This document shows, piece after piece, positions 63,836-64,000 of a stretch of DNA of 64,000 nucleotides. The stretch's first letter is position 1. Each line of letters opens with the position of its first letter. The notes beneath the pieces are model-generated. The model saw only the letters and a program-made list of their open reading frames with translations. It had not been told where the DNA came from and searched no databases. The translations under genes and the position numbers were made by a program. This DNA comes from Chiloscyllium plagiosum (lineage: Eukaryota): contig NC_057718.1 of the NCBI RefSeq assembly GCF_004010195.1, positions 73,203,612-73,267,611 of the forward strand. The letters run 5' to 3'.

Positions 63836-64000
63836 TAGACAAACAGGAGGTTGGAAGAACACAGCATCAGGAGGTGGAGAAGATGACGTTTCGAGTGTAA
63901 ACCCTTCTTCAGGAGTGGGAGCAGCTGTAAGGTGAGCAGCAGATAAAGGGGGTTGGGAGTGCAGGATGGTACAAACTGGGTTGGTTGATGAAAGGAATGA
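63836..64000 (-). mobile_element. PLE 3' end running off the window
   Basis: Minus strand 63885-63914 reads UC-CUGAAGA-A-GGGU-UUAC-ACUC-GAA-ACGU-C (hammerhead-like). Confidence 0.7.

Noticed and set aside
58575..64000. cga final exon
   Set aside because: No NHT..CHCSTC-like coding segment seen; the region is mostly TE-derived.

Overview
Vertebrate genomic DNA, most likely from a cartilaginous fish (inferred from the HE1-type tRNA SINEs, the CR1 subfamilies and the hormone sequence). Most of the window is decayed, nested transposons: CR1 LINEs, Penelope-like elements (PLEs), two Gypsy-group LTR relics, Rex1/Babar LINEs and tRNA SINEs. There are two N gaps. The one host gene I can support is missed by the ORF track: the glycoprotein hormone alpha subunit (cga) on the + strand. 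It has a TATA promoter and exon 1 (ending 37998), a signal-peptide exon 2 (48338-48449) and a cystine-knot exon 3 (58390-58574); the last exon lies beyond the window. Most notable observations: (i) short, often palindromic PLE-derived insertions with 10-17 bp TSDs, many carrying minimal hammerhead-ribozyme motifs, several inside cga introns; (ii) an in-frame upstream ATG at the end of cga exon 1; (iii) several fold-back or templated-insertion scars; (iv) a Gmr1-type retrotransposon with integrase before RT; (v) an isolated C2H2 zinc-finger relic. I see no convincing wholly new biological system. TE boundaries are by eye and approximate.
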